This document shows, one piece after another, positions 35,301 through 47,560 of a DNA stretch of 64,000 nucleotides. The translations under genes were made by a program, and so were the position numbers. Below the pieces are notes generated by a model. It made no database searches. It was not told the origin of the DNA and was given only the letters and a program-made list of their open reading frames with translations. Numbering within the stretch: the first letter of the stretch is position 1; each line of letters opens with the position of its first letter. This DNA comes from Macrostomum lignano (lineage: Eukaryota): contig NIVC01000194.1 in the NCBI GenBank assembly GCA_002269645.1, forward strand, positions 134,053 through 198,052. The letters are read 5' to 3'.

Positions 35301-37869
35301 CATTTTAATGTATTTTAAAGCCAAGGTTAGTTTATTGGCTCTTCTCCTCACTTAAAACTTCTAACCGCGCCTTTCTACAACACCCCCCGCCCCACCCAAT
35401 TTTTTATTGTCTGTCTCAGAATTCCAGCCTAAAGCTGCCATGTACATTTCAATGGACTGACTAATGTACATTACTGCTAAACCAATTAGCAAGTTGTTTA
35501 CACCTGCAAGCTTGGGACTTCTAAACTTATCAATCATTTCAGCTGACTATTTTTATAAAATAGCTTATGTATTCTTATTTGCTACTGAATTGAGATTAGA
35601 AAGCTGTTTTCAGCTATGCCTGAGTGGCCTATCTAGTTATTCTAGTATCTATGGTCATACTGGAAAAGTGACATTTTGAGGTTGGGCATGTATGGTTATA
35701 AATGTCCAATTCTTGCTTGTGCAGAATGTTCAAGATGTAGCCAAGACAAAATAGTGGGATGTCCATCAGTTGATTAATATACCAATAATTTCCTAAAAAT
35801 TTGAAATATGATCCTTCCAATATAATTTTACTATTGGTGTGATTTTAATTCACAACCAACAAGCTTTTCTGGTTTCATCTTAGGATCACCTACATATAAA
35901 TTCACTATTTAAATGATCATATAACCAATGTTGCGGTTAAGTAACTTACGGTTCCAAGAAAAGCAACTTCTGGCACTTGTTCTAGTACCAGTACTTTATA
36001 AAAAAAAGTAACTTTCAGTACTTCCATTACCAGTCCTTTCTAATTTTAAAGAACTGCTTTTTAAAAAGTGCTTAAAATGCCTTGGTGAAAAAAAGAAAAA
36101 ATATGTGTTGGTCTAGAGTTAAACATGCTTTTATTCCTCAAATAAAGATGCTACATTGTATTTTTATTATTATTATCACATCCAAAATTTAAGGGAATAA
36201 GCAAAACTTTTTACAAAACAAGGATTAACAATATATCAAGATGCTACACTTACAATTTGCAGAAAAATTTCGAAGGCCGATTTTTTAATATTGATTCTTT
36301 TTCTTTAAAAGTATGTATAGAAATACTTCTTCTCTATGTATAGAAATACATACTTTTTGTCCAATAGGTATGTCACAATGAGTAGAATACTTCAGGAGAC
36401 TTTAATTTTGTGTAGGTCATTCTTGTCGCCCTACTACAGATAATTCTTATAGTATTATGCTGTAGTTTTACAGGAGCTATACTTTTACAGTAGTGTAGTG
36501 TAAGTATACTTTTGTACACTGCTGACTCATTTAGAATCAATGATAATCTTCTGGCAGCCTTGGAAATATACCAATTGACAATTAAAAAATATGCCAGGAC
36601 AAAAAATGGCTAGAATTTGATAGATAGACCAATGCACAAGACTTTAAGTAACTTGATTAGTGCTTCTGTGTTGCAATTAGAAAATTATAATTAGCCTCAA
36701 AAGAACTAAAAGTCAAAACACTCTTAGAATATATCACTAATGTTGTCCTATACAAATATCAAAATGAATAAATTGGCCTTCAAAATTTTTTCATGAATCA
36801 CAAATGTAGCATCCTGATGTACCACTATTGATCCTACCAAAAATTACTTCATTCTATGACAAACATAATTTTTAAGTAAAATATAGTATATATAGTCCAT
36901 AGTGCGGAAGGACGGGTATACGCCAGAAATCTCCGTCATACACAGGGATCGCCTGTTGTACATGTCGTACATCGCTAATTTTTGGGGGGCGCTATGTCGT
37001 ACACTGTCGTACATGTAAAAATGTTACATGTCTGTCTGTCGTACACTTGTCAATGTCATACGACTCATACATGAAGTATAGACATAGTTAGTATTCCTTT
37101 GATGGACAATCGGACACCAGTACCAGTTACTCGTAGTCTCATAACTAACTCATAACGTCGTTGTTAACGTATTGCGTTGAAGCAAAAAAGTAAAAATTCA
37201 ATAGTTGCACTTTTCCACTCAAAGGGTAATTTAAATCATTAGTATTATATTCGTACAAACTCTTAGTCTTAAATTTAATTTTATTGGCGCAAAACTATAC
37301 TTGACATTGCAAGCAGAAAAGTACAATATATCTGTTGTTTTACTTTGCATATTAAAAAAACGCAATATCAAGAATTTCCCACACCTACCCACATATTCAA
37401 AAAGTTTTTGCCCGTACCAACTACCAACACCTTACATTACTATGTAAGTGCCACTATTTTTGTCGTACAGCACTTCCTTAAACTCTAACTCTGTCGTACA
37501 ACACTAGTACCATTTTCCAATCCATGTCGTACTGTCGTACAACAGGCCGAAATGAAAATTTACCTTCCGTCGTATACAGAAATCCTTCCGCACTATGGTA
37601 TATAGTATACATTTATAATTTCTTGATATACTGGAGTGTCCTGTTGATTCTTTTAACGGGGATTGTAATACTAAACTGGACCTGCTTGGGGATCATAAAA
37701 TGAAAGAATGCCTTAAAATTTATTTTAAAGTTTTGAACTGAATCATTCCTGCATCTAACAATTAAATTTCCATTTTCTAATTTAATAAAAAATACATTTC
37801 TTAATTTGCAAAACATTTAAACTCACCATCAACACTGCTTTTGTGCACAGAATTGTTGTCGGAATCCAT
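26394..37869 (-). CDS. NOVA: Nova/pasilla-family triple-KH RNA-binding splicing factor, 5 coding exons
   Basis: Exons 37869-37827 ([14 protein letters not shown], inferred from matching phase), 32792-32652 (KH1 [19 protein letters not shown]...SKSNDFYPG), 32211-32063 ([10 protein letters not shown]), 28341-27340 (KH2 [18 protein letters not shown]; KH3 [17 protein letters not shown]), 26477-26394. Intron 2 has a GC donor. Confidence 0.93.
26527..27148. repeat. 25/33-bp minisatellite in Nova intron 4 (22 TGCATG on the transcribed strand)
   Basis: Plus-strand unit CTGAGCACATGCAGTTCTGCCCAGC; copies counted by eye. Confidence 0.95.
28718..31258. repeat. 20/22-bp minisatellite, ~2.5 kb, in Nova intron 3
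   Basis: CATCCTGACTTTGATTGTGA alternating with CATCCTGACTTTCTGATTGGGG; the source of all long ORFs at 28533-31358. Confidence 0.97.
32280..32612. repeat. 27-bp near-perfect minisatellite, 12 units, in Nova intron 2
   Basis: Plus strand CACAGTGAATGATAGGGAGGCAGCAGT; the transcribed strand contains TCATTCAC. Confidence 0.97.
33330..33601. mobile_element. 272-bp MITE with TA TSD (Tc1/mariner-type)
   Basis: ~45-bp TIR CACTCAGCAACATGTTAAAGTTTCC... / ...GGAAACTTTAACATGTTGCTGAGTG flanked by TA on both sides. Confidence 0.88.
36897..37598. mobile_element. 702-bp non-autonomous DNA transposon with 8-bp TSD (hAT- or P-type)
   Basis: Perfect 16-bp TIR CCATAGTGCGGAAGGA / TCCTTCCGCACTATGG. TSD TATATAGT at 36889-36896 and 37599-37606. 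Subterminal TGTCGTAC motifs at both ends. Confidence 0.9.
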
Positions 37870-39173
37870 TATGGCCTGGAGGCCTTTCCCATAAGAAAAA
37901 ACTTACACAAATGTCATTAAACTGCAACTGTTGCTTTCTATGTTTGGAAGGCAAAGTTAATAGTAAAATTGCTATCGATATGACCTACGCGATTGATGTA
38001 AAATAAAAACTAGAGACAAAATGAAAAGATGAGATGAGGCGACGTAATGCGAAAATGACGTCTAAAACACTTTCTATCGTTCTATCCTAGTTTATACTCT
38101 AATGTGTAAAGCTAAATCTGAATAAACTCAGCGATAGTATTATTTTGAAAAAAGGTATAAACATTTTAAATATTGCATTTTGAATTTTCTTCTTTATTTC
38201 GTTAAAGAAAACATTCAAAAAACTTAATAAATGGCTTAAAACGGTTTTTTAAGCTATCAGTATTTATCTTTGCAATGCCTTTTGCTATACCCGACAGAAA
38301 AGCTAAATTCCGGTGTCGGTGTTTGGCTGGGATAATAATGAACAAGAATGTTTTTTCTGATGATTGTCGATGGACCTGTTTATTTGTTTGAGTTTGAAAA
38401 TTGCAAAGGACACCCGAGAGTGGTTGCATTTCTGATCTGCACTTAAATGTTTTGTATGACTTACTTTAAGTATGCTGGTTTTTTTGCTCGACTGTGTGTG
38501 AGTCATTGAGTGTAACGGAACGGAACTAGGGCCTAACTTTTGTACTTTGCTATTTATTCATTTGTAGCTTGTCACTTAATAGAACTGCTTTGCCAAATAG
38601 AAACCTATAGAGATTTAGTTTAATAATATCTATGATAGTAGAGTCAACATTTTAAAATCTTTCATTGCACTGTTAGGATAACTACTAGGATAACTAATAA
38701 ACTGGATCGCCTTGTAACATTTAATAAAATAAGAGTTGTTTCACTTATCGTTGTTAATATTGTCAATATGTGACTTTAAACGTTTTTTTCGCTTTTTCCA
38801 TGTTTTGAGCTCAATCTAGGTTTTATCCCTATTTATTTAGTCAGTGTATTATATTAGTCTGCGTTTGCACACAAATTCACAGAAAGCTCAAGTACAGATT
38901 CAGATATTTTTTAGGGCACCAACCTATACAAGGCATTAACTGTTGTCCTTTATGAATAAAAAATAATAGCCATAGGCTTAGGTCTAGGACCTAAGTCATA
39001 AAGTGTCAAAAAAATTTGAATAAATTTTGCAAATATTTCAGTTTTTTCATTGCTGATTGTTGCTACTAGGCCTATCTAGTTGTTATAGGCCTATAGTGTT
39101 CTATTGTTGGTTCCTTGTACAATAAGCATATTTGCTGAATTTGCATTTTTTGCCTCTAGACTCTTTCTAAAAA

Positions 39174-40031
39174 GGGTCCATGAGAATTGCCCGCAAACAA
39201 ATTGCCTACCAAAATTTGCCTACAGGGGATTTGCCTATCAAGATTTGCCTACCAAGATTTGCTTGCAGTGCATTTTGCCTATAATATAAGCAAAATGCTT
39301 GTGCTGTGGAGATTTGCCTACCAAGATTTTCCCACAATGCATTTTGCCTGCAAATTGCCCACTGAGTTTTTTCTTGCCAAGGTTTGCTGCAATGATTTTT
39401 TCCTATAACACATTTGGCCACACAATAGATTTTGTCTGCATTGCCTCTGCAATGCTTAGTATGTCTTAATAAAGAGATTTACCTAATCAAAAAGTTTTGA
39501 TAGTAACTGTATTTCATTTTTTTCATTTTTAAAATCTTTTTTAGGATGGACAATATAGTATAGATAAAATCTAACTGCCAAATATGCTGCTAAAAAAAGC
39601 ATTATGGGCAAAGCTTGATGGAAAAAAACTCAGTGAGCAATTCACTTGCAGGCAATTATTTGTAGGTAATTCAATTGTGGTCACACTTGCAGGCAATTCA
39701 CTTGTGAGCAAATTGCACTATGGGAAAAATCTTGATGGGCAATTCTTGGTAGACAACTCTTTATAGGCAATTTGCTCATAGGCCAAATGCACTGCGGGCA
39801 AATCTCCTATATAGACAAATCTTGGTAGGCAATTTGCTCATAGGCCAAATGCACTGCGGGCAAATCTCCTATATAGACAAATCTTTATAGGCAATTTGCT
39901 CATAGGCAAAATGCACTGCGGGCAAATCTCCTATATAGACAAATCTTTATAGGCAAAATGCACTGCGGGCAAATCTCCTATATAGACAAATCTTGGTAGG
40001 CAATTTGTCTGTGGGCATTTCTCATGCTCCC
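39174..40031. mobile_element. 858-bp Mutator/Foldback-like element with 9-bp TSD
   Basis: Termini GGGTCCATGAGAATTGCCC / GGGCATTTCTCATGCTCCC with long inverted arms of TTGCCTAC/GTAGGCAA motifs. Exact TSD TTCTAAAAA at 39165-39173 and 40032-40040. Confidence 0.88.
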
Positions 40032-40210
40032 TTCTAAAAAAGGTATGCATACTAAGGACAGATTAAAGGGATAGGATGTAAAAGTTGGTTGTTCCCTCCC
40101 TTTGTGGCTGGCAATCATACATGCGCAACTTCTGAAATTACGCTGGCCGTGCGACTTAGTTTTCGATAAAAAATGCAACTTACCTATGAAAGAGCCAAGC
40201 AAAAACTTTA

Positions 40211-40275
40211 GGTAAACGGCAGGAGTAACTATGACCATATTTTTAAAGCTAAATGCCTCGCCAGCTAATTAGTGC
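40211..40275 (+). other. Diverged 28S rRNA-derived fragment (R2 target-site region), copy B
   Basis: GGTAAACGGCAGGAGTAACTATGAC (24/25 to conserved 28S), an 11-nt altered core, then AGCTAAATGCCTCGCCAGCTAATTAGTG (25/28). Confidence 0.8.
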
Positions 40276-40584
40276 TGCGTGCAGATTTCGCGTTTTTATA
40301 ACAGCTAATCAGTGTCATCTAGTGGCGGCATGAAGCAATTAGTAAATTGTCAGTACAGTGTAGTGAGCATACTACAAAAGTCATGATTCATGAATGTCCA
40401 GAAGTAAGTGAAGTGAATATAGTGTGACCTATAGCTCAAGAACGATTTGCTAGACGATTTGGCATGGAAGATGAGAGCCCTGATTCAGATGGCTCATCAG
40501 ATGCAGAATACGAATCCAGTAGAGATACAAGCTGTGAAAACCCACAGATTTTTAAACCACTGAATTCTAATTCCCGTAACTACC

Positions 40585-41200
40585 CTTCTCTATTTCCTCT
40601 CCTCTCTCCTCTCTTTCCTCTCCTCTCCTATCTCTTCTGTCTCCTCTCTACATTCTTATCTCTCCTCTCGTCTCTCCATTCCACTCTACTCTCTCATCTT
40701 ATCTTCCCTCTCGTCTCTCTCCACTCTACTCTCTCATCTTATCTCTCCTCCCTTTTCTACTCTCTCATCTCTCCTCTCTTCACTCTCCTCTCATCTCCTC
40801 TTTATCCTCTCTTCTCTCATCTACTCTCTCCTCTTTCCTCTTTCCTCTCTTCTGATCTCATCCATAATCTTTTCTTTCCTCTTTCCTCTAATCTCCTCTT
40901 CTCTCTCATCTCTTTTTCCTCCCTCAGCTTTTCTCTCCTCTTCTATCTTTTCTCCCATCGCATCGCTCGCCTCTCCTCTGTTTGCTTATCTCTAATCTTC
41001 TATTCCCTCTACTTTGAAGTAAGAAAATATGCACATATTTTTGCTGAAGATAAGAGGAGAGAAGAGGGCATTGAGGAGAAAGGGTAGAGAGAAAGGGGGA
41101 GAAGAGAGGAGAGTAAAAATGAGAGGAGAGAGAAGAGGGAAAAGGGGGGAGAGAGAGAAGAGGTGAGGCAAGGTAGAGAAGAAGAGAGAGATGAGAGTTG
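40585..41200. repeat. CT-rich tract followed by GA-rich tract (low complexity)
   Basis: Polypyrimidine at ~40585-41010 and polypurine at ~41055-41200. Confidence 0.9.
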
Positions 41201-42539
41201 AAGAGACACCAACCTTGCTGGTTAGGAAGTTTCAAAGAACCCGAGGGGCGAGGGCCAGATAGAGGGGCTTTGCGAGCCGGAGTTTGCCAACCCCTGCTCC
41301 AGAGTTTAAGAAATCAATGAGAAACTGTTGACGCGGGCTTCTGATTTCAAAGATCTTGTCTGTGGTTGAAGGCTTCTATTCTGTTTTTGCTCTCCTGCCA
41401 CACTTGCACCTACTACCCCCTGATTGCCTCTGATTGTGACTTACTTCCCTCTTATTGCGACTTAGTTGCTTCTTTTTGCGACTTACCTAATCCTTTTTGC
41501 GACTTACTTAATCCTTTTTGCAACTTACCTAATCCTTTTTGTGACTTACTTAATCCTTTTGCGACTTACCTGACTCTTTTTGTGACTTAGTTTGCTTCTT
41601 TTGCGAATTGTTTTTTTTTTGCTTCACCATTTTCCCTGAACTGCTCTTTCTTTCGCTTTCCTCTTGCCTTTCTTGGTTCTTGTGTTTTTCTGTTTTTGGT
41701 TGACTCAATTTTGCGACTTACCCCTGGTCAGCCACGATTTACGGTGGCCGGATCGGCCAGGTCGGCCAGCAGTTGCGCATGTATGCTGGCAATGATAGTA
41801 TTCCTTTTCAAAATAGGTCCTCACTGTGCCTGCTTTTAGTTTGCTCAGTATAGCATATCTCTAGTGTATATTATTATTATTGTGCCTTGCTTTTATAGGT
41901 AAAATCTACCCTCTCATTTATATTTATAAATTTATCTCTGGCATACATGATTTGTAATGCCATATTGTCTAATTTATTTTAAAGCAAACATTGTTTAAAG
42001 TTTTTGCTTTTGACCACTGCTATTATGATTCAAACTTGCAATGGCATTTAAGAACTGAGTTATCCCCTGTTTTTTATTTATTTTTTCCCTAGGTCCCTAA
42101 GAAATGATAGCAAATTCCCTAGTGTCTCCAATAAGAAAATTCCCCAGATACTAGACATCCTTTAAATGCATATATTTATGTTGGCTTTGCTTTTTTAATT
42201 TCTTTTTTTGCTAGAACTTACCATTTTTGTTCAATGTATTGTTTCAATATTGATTTATAACAAATAATGTTTTAATATGAATATTACCAGATCTAATTTA
42301 AACTAATCACTGTTTATTTAGCCTATCCCCTAATGAAGGCTATATTATATAGAATAGCAATATATAATCCAATAATAGTAATCCTTTTAGTTTCAAAGTA
42401 GGCTTGATCTATAGAGTTGGCCTATAATATTGTCAATATAGCCATGAAAAACATGCATTTTAAGAAATATATAAAATATAATATGAAAATATTTTGGTAT
42501 ATCTTATATATTTTTCAATATGTTTATTTTTTCAGGTTG

Positions 42540-45500
42540 ATGTCATTTGCAATCAGGGCTTTAGTGTTACTAGGCTGTATCTGGCCAGCATTTTGTGGAG
42601 CCAAGTTGCGAATCTTTGTTGTAAGTATTTTATTGGACCCTTGCCTTTAGCCATTGAGTGCAAATATGACCAATAGCCATGAATCCTGATTCCATTTTAA
42701 ATATGCAGGTTGACAGCACTACTAATGATACTGTGGACTCCTGCTATGCTGAGCCAGCCAACTTTGGCCCTGTTCAACTCCTTGGCAGCTTTCGTGTAAG
42801 AGTTTGTTGAATGGCTGGGTTGGTCTGGAGTCATAGGTATTTTTAGTGTAAATGGATGGTACAGCAAAATCGTTACCAGATCAGAATTTCGGGATTTAGG
42901 GTTAAATACTCTGGGGATCATAATCCCCAGGATTTGGGATCAGAGTCCCCAGGATTCGGGATCAGAATCCCCAGGATTCGGGATCAGAATCCCCAGGATT
43001 TGGGATCAGAGTCCCCAGGATTTGGGATCAGAGTCCCCAGGATTCGGGATCAGAATCCCCAGGATTCGGGATCAGAATCCCCAGGATTCGGGATCAGAAT
43101 CCCCAGGATTCGGGATCAGAATCCCCAGGATTCGGGATCAGAATCCCCAGGATTTGGGATCAGAGTCCCCAGGATTTGGGATCATAATCCCCAGGATTCG
43201 GGATCAGAATCCCCAGGATTCGGGATCAGCATTTCACGGCCTGTCTATCCAGAAATCCTCAACGTCTATCTCCCCCTATCGCAGGCGCTCCCTCTGAGCG
43301 CGGAGCCGATCAACGGGTGCGCCAACATGCAGCGACCGCCTCATAGCCTCAACGGCACCGCGGTCCGCTGGGCTGCTGTCATCAACCGGGATCTGCCCGG
43401 CCGGTCGGCCTGCTACTTCGACACGAAGGTGCTGAACGCCCAGGCTGCGGGATTCGGCCTGGCGATCATCGTCAACTATGAGGAGGCGCTGAGCGGCATG
43501 GATGCCTCAGATCGTGAGCCCCTCGCTGAGAACCAGTTTCGAAAATTGCCCATGGAATCTCCCCACTACAAAATCGACCTTGAGAATCTCCTCTCCCCTC
43601 TACAAAAATCGACCTTGAATAATCTCACTACAAAAATCGACCTTGGGAATCTCCCCACTACAAAAATCGACCTTTGGAATCTCCCCACTACAAAAATCGA
43701 CCTTGGGAATATCCCCACTACAAAAATCGACTCTGGGAATCTCCCCACTACAAAAATCGACCTTGGGAATATCCCCACTACAAAAATCGACCTTGGGAAT
43801 CTCCCCACTACAAAAATCGACCTTGGGATCTCCCCACTATAAAAATCGACCTGGCTAATGCACTACTGATCTCCACAACACTGAAATCGTCCTGTGGAAT
43901 ATTCCCACCACTGAGGCCGCTGGCTTGGGTAGAACTTCTCTCGGAATTCCAGGCTCATATAAAGTCTCAATGAATATTTTACGTATGAAATTTGCCCAGA
44001 TAATGTCGTTTTTTATAAGGCTCCGACTCCAATTTCACTTTTCACTGCAAAGCCCATTGCTGTTTCAAATTGCTAAGTGAATTGCGATAAGCGTGCCACT
44101 TGCCTCCGTGCGCTTATCTGGAGCTGAGGCAGGGGTTGGCAGAATAATTTCCTAACCAATACTCTGTTTTTTTCAAGCGCGGTAGCTAGCCTAAATTCTC
44201 GCTGTGGGTTCAATCTTTGACCTCCGGACACAGCTAGAGTGAAAGTGAAAGTGAAACTGGGCGTCACTTGCAAAACACTGAAGGGCTTTTAAGTTAATCA
44301 GGTGATCTGTGCATTTCTGAGGTGGCCTGAAAATTAGGACGGTGTAAAGTAAGAAAAGCAGGCTGTCAGCCAATCAGAGTGAGGGACACTGAACAGTAGA
44401 CTTGGGGTGGGTTGGATGTCCAGCCAATCAGAGTGAGGGACACTGAACAGTAGACTTGGGGTGGGTTGGATGTCCAGCCAATCAGAGTGAGGGACACTGA
44501 ACAGTAGACTTGGGGTGGGTTGGATGTCCAGCCAATCAGAGTGAGGGACACTGAACAGTAGGCTTGGGGTGGGTTGGATGTCCAGCCAATCAGAGTGAGG
44601 GACACTGAACAGTAGACTTGGGGTGAGTTGGATGTCCAGCCAATCAGAGTGAGGGACAGTAAACTGTACTCTTTGGGTGGATTGGATGTCCAGCCAATCA
44701 GAGAGATGGGCAGTTAACAGCAGTACGATGCCTCCCTTTTTACTTAGACGGCAACAGAGTGCAAATTCCGGCTGCCATGGTGACTGAATCCTGCGGTTAC
44801 CTTTTGCGCCAGTACGCCCGACATAAAGAACGATTCTACCTGACCTTTTGGCTGGCCTTCCCGTTGGACTTTAGGGCCTATGTGATTCCCTTCATCACAA
44901 TCGTCAGCGTGTGCTTCTTGTTCTTCACCTCGCTATGGGTGAGTAAATTGCTTTTAAAAAATAAAAGTATACCAATACTGTTTATTTGGTCAAACAAATG
45001 ATTATCTTTTAAGGTTCGAGTGGTTTGAGGTCACTGGAAATGTTTGGGGCTAGAGAATCTGTGGTTGTAGTTCGGGTTAGGGATTCACTGCTTGTATTTC
45101 GAATTGGGGATTCCGGTGTACTTCGTGTTGGGGATGCCCTTGTGTAGTTCGGGTTGGGGATTCCCTGGGTGTATTTCGGGTTGGGGATACCCTTGTGAAG
45201 TTCGGGTTGGGATACCTTTGTGTAGTTCGGGTTGGGATACCCTTGTGTAATTCGGGTTGGGGATTCCCTTGTGTAATTCGGGTTGGGGATTCTCTTGTGT
45301 AGTTTGAGTTGGGGATTCCCTTGTGTAGTTCGGATTGGGGATATCCTTGTGTAGTTCGGGTGTTGGTGATTACCTGGTTGTAGTTCAGGTCTGGGATTCC
45401 CTGGATATATTTCGAATTGGGGATTCCCTGGTTTTAGTTCGGGTTGGGGATTCCGTGGGTGTAGTTTTTTGTACTTTTCCAGTAAACCTGAATCCAGAAG

Positions 45501-46857
45501 AATAGGACGAAATCCCAAAGGTTTACGCCACTAAAAGTTTCACCCAATGCAATGCGCAGATTGCAAAGTGGTACCGGGACTGGCGGCAGCGCCAGAAAAA
45601 CCGACTCACCCGGTCCAGCCTGAAGAAGCTGGAGCAGAAGAAGTTCGACAAAGCCACGGATCCTTACGAGTGCTGCGCAATCTGTCTGGAGGACTATGAA
45701 CAGGGCGACAAGCTCAGAATTCTGCCGTGCAACCATGGTTCGTTGTGCTTGTGATTGCTTTCAGCTTGCTTGGCCGTCTCAAACTTGCTCCACCCATCAC
45801 TTGGACACTGGCCCATCTCTCGGACACTGACCCATCACTCGGACACTGACTCATCACTCAGTCACTGACCCATCACTCAGACACTGACCATCACTCAGAC
45901 ACTGACCATCACTCAGACACTGACCATCACTCAGACACTGACCATCACTCAGTCACTGACCATCACTCAGTCACTGACCCATCACTCAGACACTGACTAT
46001 CACTCAGTCACTGACCATCACTCAGTCACTGACCCATCACTCAGACACTGACCATCACTCAGACACTGACCCATCACTCAGACACTGACCCATCACTCAG
46101 ACACTGACCCATCACTCAGACACTGACCCATCAATCAAACACTGGCCCATCACTCGGACACTGACCCATCACTCAGACACTGGCCAATCACTCGGGCACT
46201 GACCCATCACTCAGACACTGACCCATCACTCAGTCACTGACCCATCACCCAGTCACTGACCCAACCATCGCTCGCACTCTGACCCTCACTAGGACAGTCT
46301 GCCCTCAACTCTGATCCCTCGCCCCCGTCTCCGCAGCCTATCACCAGGCCTGCATCGACCCCTGGCTGTTGAAGAGTCGCAGCGTCTGCCCGGTCTGCAA
46401 GAGGCGCGTCTTTCCGCGCCAACCCGGCAGCGACAGCGAATCCTCCGAGACGGAAGATGCCGCCGGTGGCGGCGGCGGCGGCTCCTCCGCGGCTGTCTCC
46501 AGCGACGAGCGAACGCCCCTCCTTGGCGGCAGCGGCTCAGGTGCTGAGGGCGGCAGCAGCGGCGGCGGAACGTTTGATGCACCAGGTGAGAAAATTAAAT
46601 TGCTGCATTTCCAGTCTCAGAGAGCTGAGCATGGCGAGCGCGCGATCACCGGTCACGTGATTACCTTGTGCTTAAATAAGCCTGTTATACATAGTCACGT
46701 GATCGCTGTGCAGTGGTATCACTATTTGTCTCATTATTCCCCAGGTCCGTCCTCCAGTGGCGCGCAGCAGCAGCAGCAGGTGACAGTGCAGGTGAGCGTC
46801 CATCACGAGTCTGCGCCGGCCAGCAGCAGGCAGCGCGGCGGCAACCACCTGGTGTGA
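42540..46857 (+). CDS. RNF13: PA-TM-RING E3 ligase, RNF13/RNF167/godzilla family, 7 exons
   Basis: Exons 42540-42620 (signal peptide), 42709-42795, 43285-43513 (PA domain), 44748-44938 (TM), 45560-45737 ([21 protein letters not shown]), 46337-46585 ([22 protein letters not shown]), 46745-46857. All GT-AG with compatible phases. RNF13 versus RNF167 orthology is not resolved. Confidence 0.92.
42910..43225. repeat. 21-bp intronic minisatellite (GGGATCAGAATCCCCAGGATT)
   Basis: RNF13-like intron 2; its frame-preserving period creates the false N-terminus of ORF 42856-43842. Confidence 0.95.
43555..43850. repeat. 30-bp intronic minisatellite
   Basis: GGGAATCTCCCCACTACAAAAATCGACCTT units. Confidence 0.95.
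44365..44705. repeat. 54-bp minisatellite with an AGCCAATCAG box in each unit (7 boxes)
   Basis: Boxes at 44368, 44422 ... 44692. Confidence 0.95.
45070..45470. repeat. ~21-bp degenerate intronic minisatellite
   Basis: TTCGGGTTGGGGATTCCCTTGTGTAG-type units. Confidence 0.9.
45795..46310. repeat. 18/19-bp intronic minisatellite (CTGACCCATCACTCAGACA)
   Basis: Fills the intron that splits the RING domain. Confidence 0.95.
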
Positions 46858-47560
46858 AGCTCGGAAGCGGCCAGACCAGTCCTCGGCTCGATTCTCATTG
46901 TTTTTAAAGCTTTAATATTTTTTAGAATGCAAAAACAAAACTGAGCAGACTCTGAGGCGCACATCACTGCTACACATGATGTTTATCTGGCAGTCGGTCT
47001 GTACAGCGCACTATTTTATACTTTGTTTTGCTTTGGGTCTGTCCCCCAATCGCCATTGTTAACCGGCCTATTGTAACCTTTGTCCGCCCCTACCGGACCG
47101 ATTTTTTAAATTTGGCACCATCAACCCGCTCTCTCGCTCTGCAGTCTCCACACGTCGCTTATGTTTTTGTTATTCTCGCGCTCTACTATTAGTAGGTAGA
47201 TGGTTTATTTTTTTCATTTTTCTTATTCGTATCAATTGCTGTTGTATTTTAGCGTACACTTTTTTACACCGGCCCGTCAAATATTCTACCGAATGCCCGG
47301 GCGAGGAGAAAGTTCTCAACAGTCGTTTTGTTTTATTAATCTCTCTCTGTTATCTGTGCATAGAATTGAATACAAGCCTGTAATTCTCGGATAGTGGAGG
47401 TTCAGTTCAGAGCTCAGACGCCATTTTCCTTTTCTATCAACTGCTTTGGCGAGCAAAACTAAAAAGAGGAGCCCCGCAGACTGCGGCTTGCTGTGTTCGG
47501 CTTTGCTTTCTTTGGTGTGGACCGCTGGCTGGAACAGGCCATTCAAAATCTACAGCATTC

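Noticed and set aside
25212-40275. Functional rRNA gene
   Set aside because: Only two ~70-nt diverged 28S-like pieces are present; there is no rDNA unit.
40464-40580. Acidic ORF start (MEDESPDSDGSSDAEYES) reminiscent of a piggyBac transposase N-terminus
   Set aside because: It runs straight into a CT microsatellite, with no catalytic domain or TTAA-flanked TIR found.
41270-41300. AGTTTGCCAACCCCTG, a typical hAT MITE right end
   Set aside because: No matching left end or TSD found upstream.
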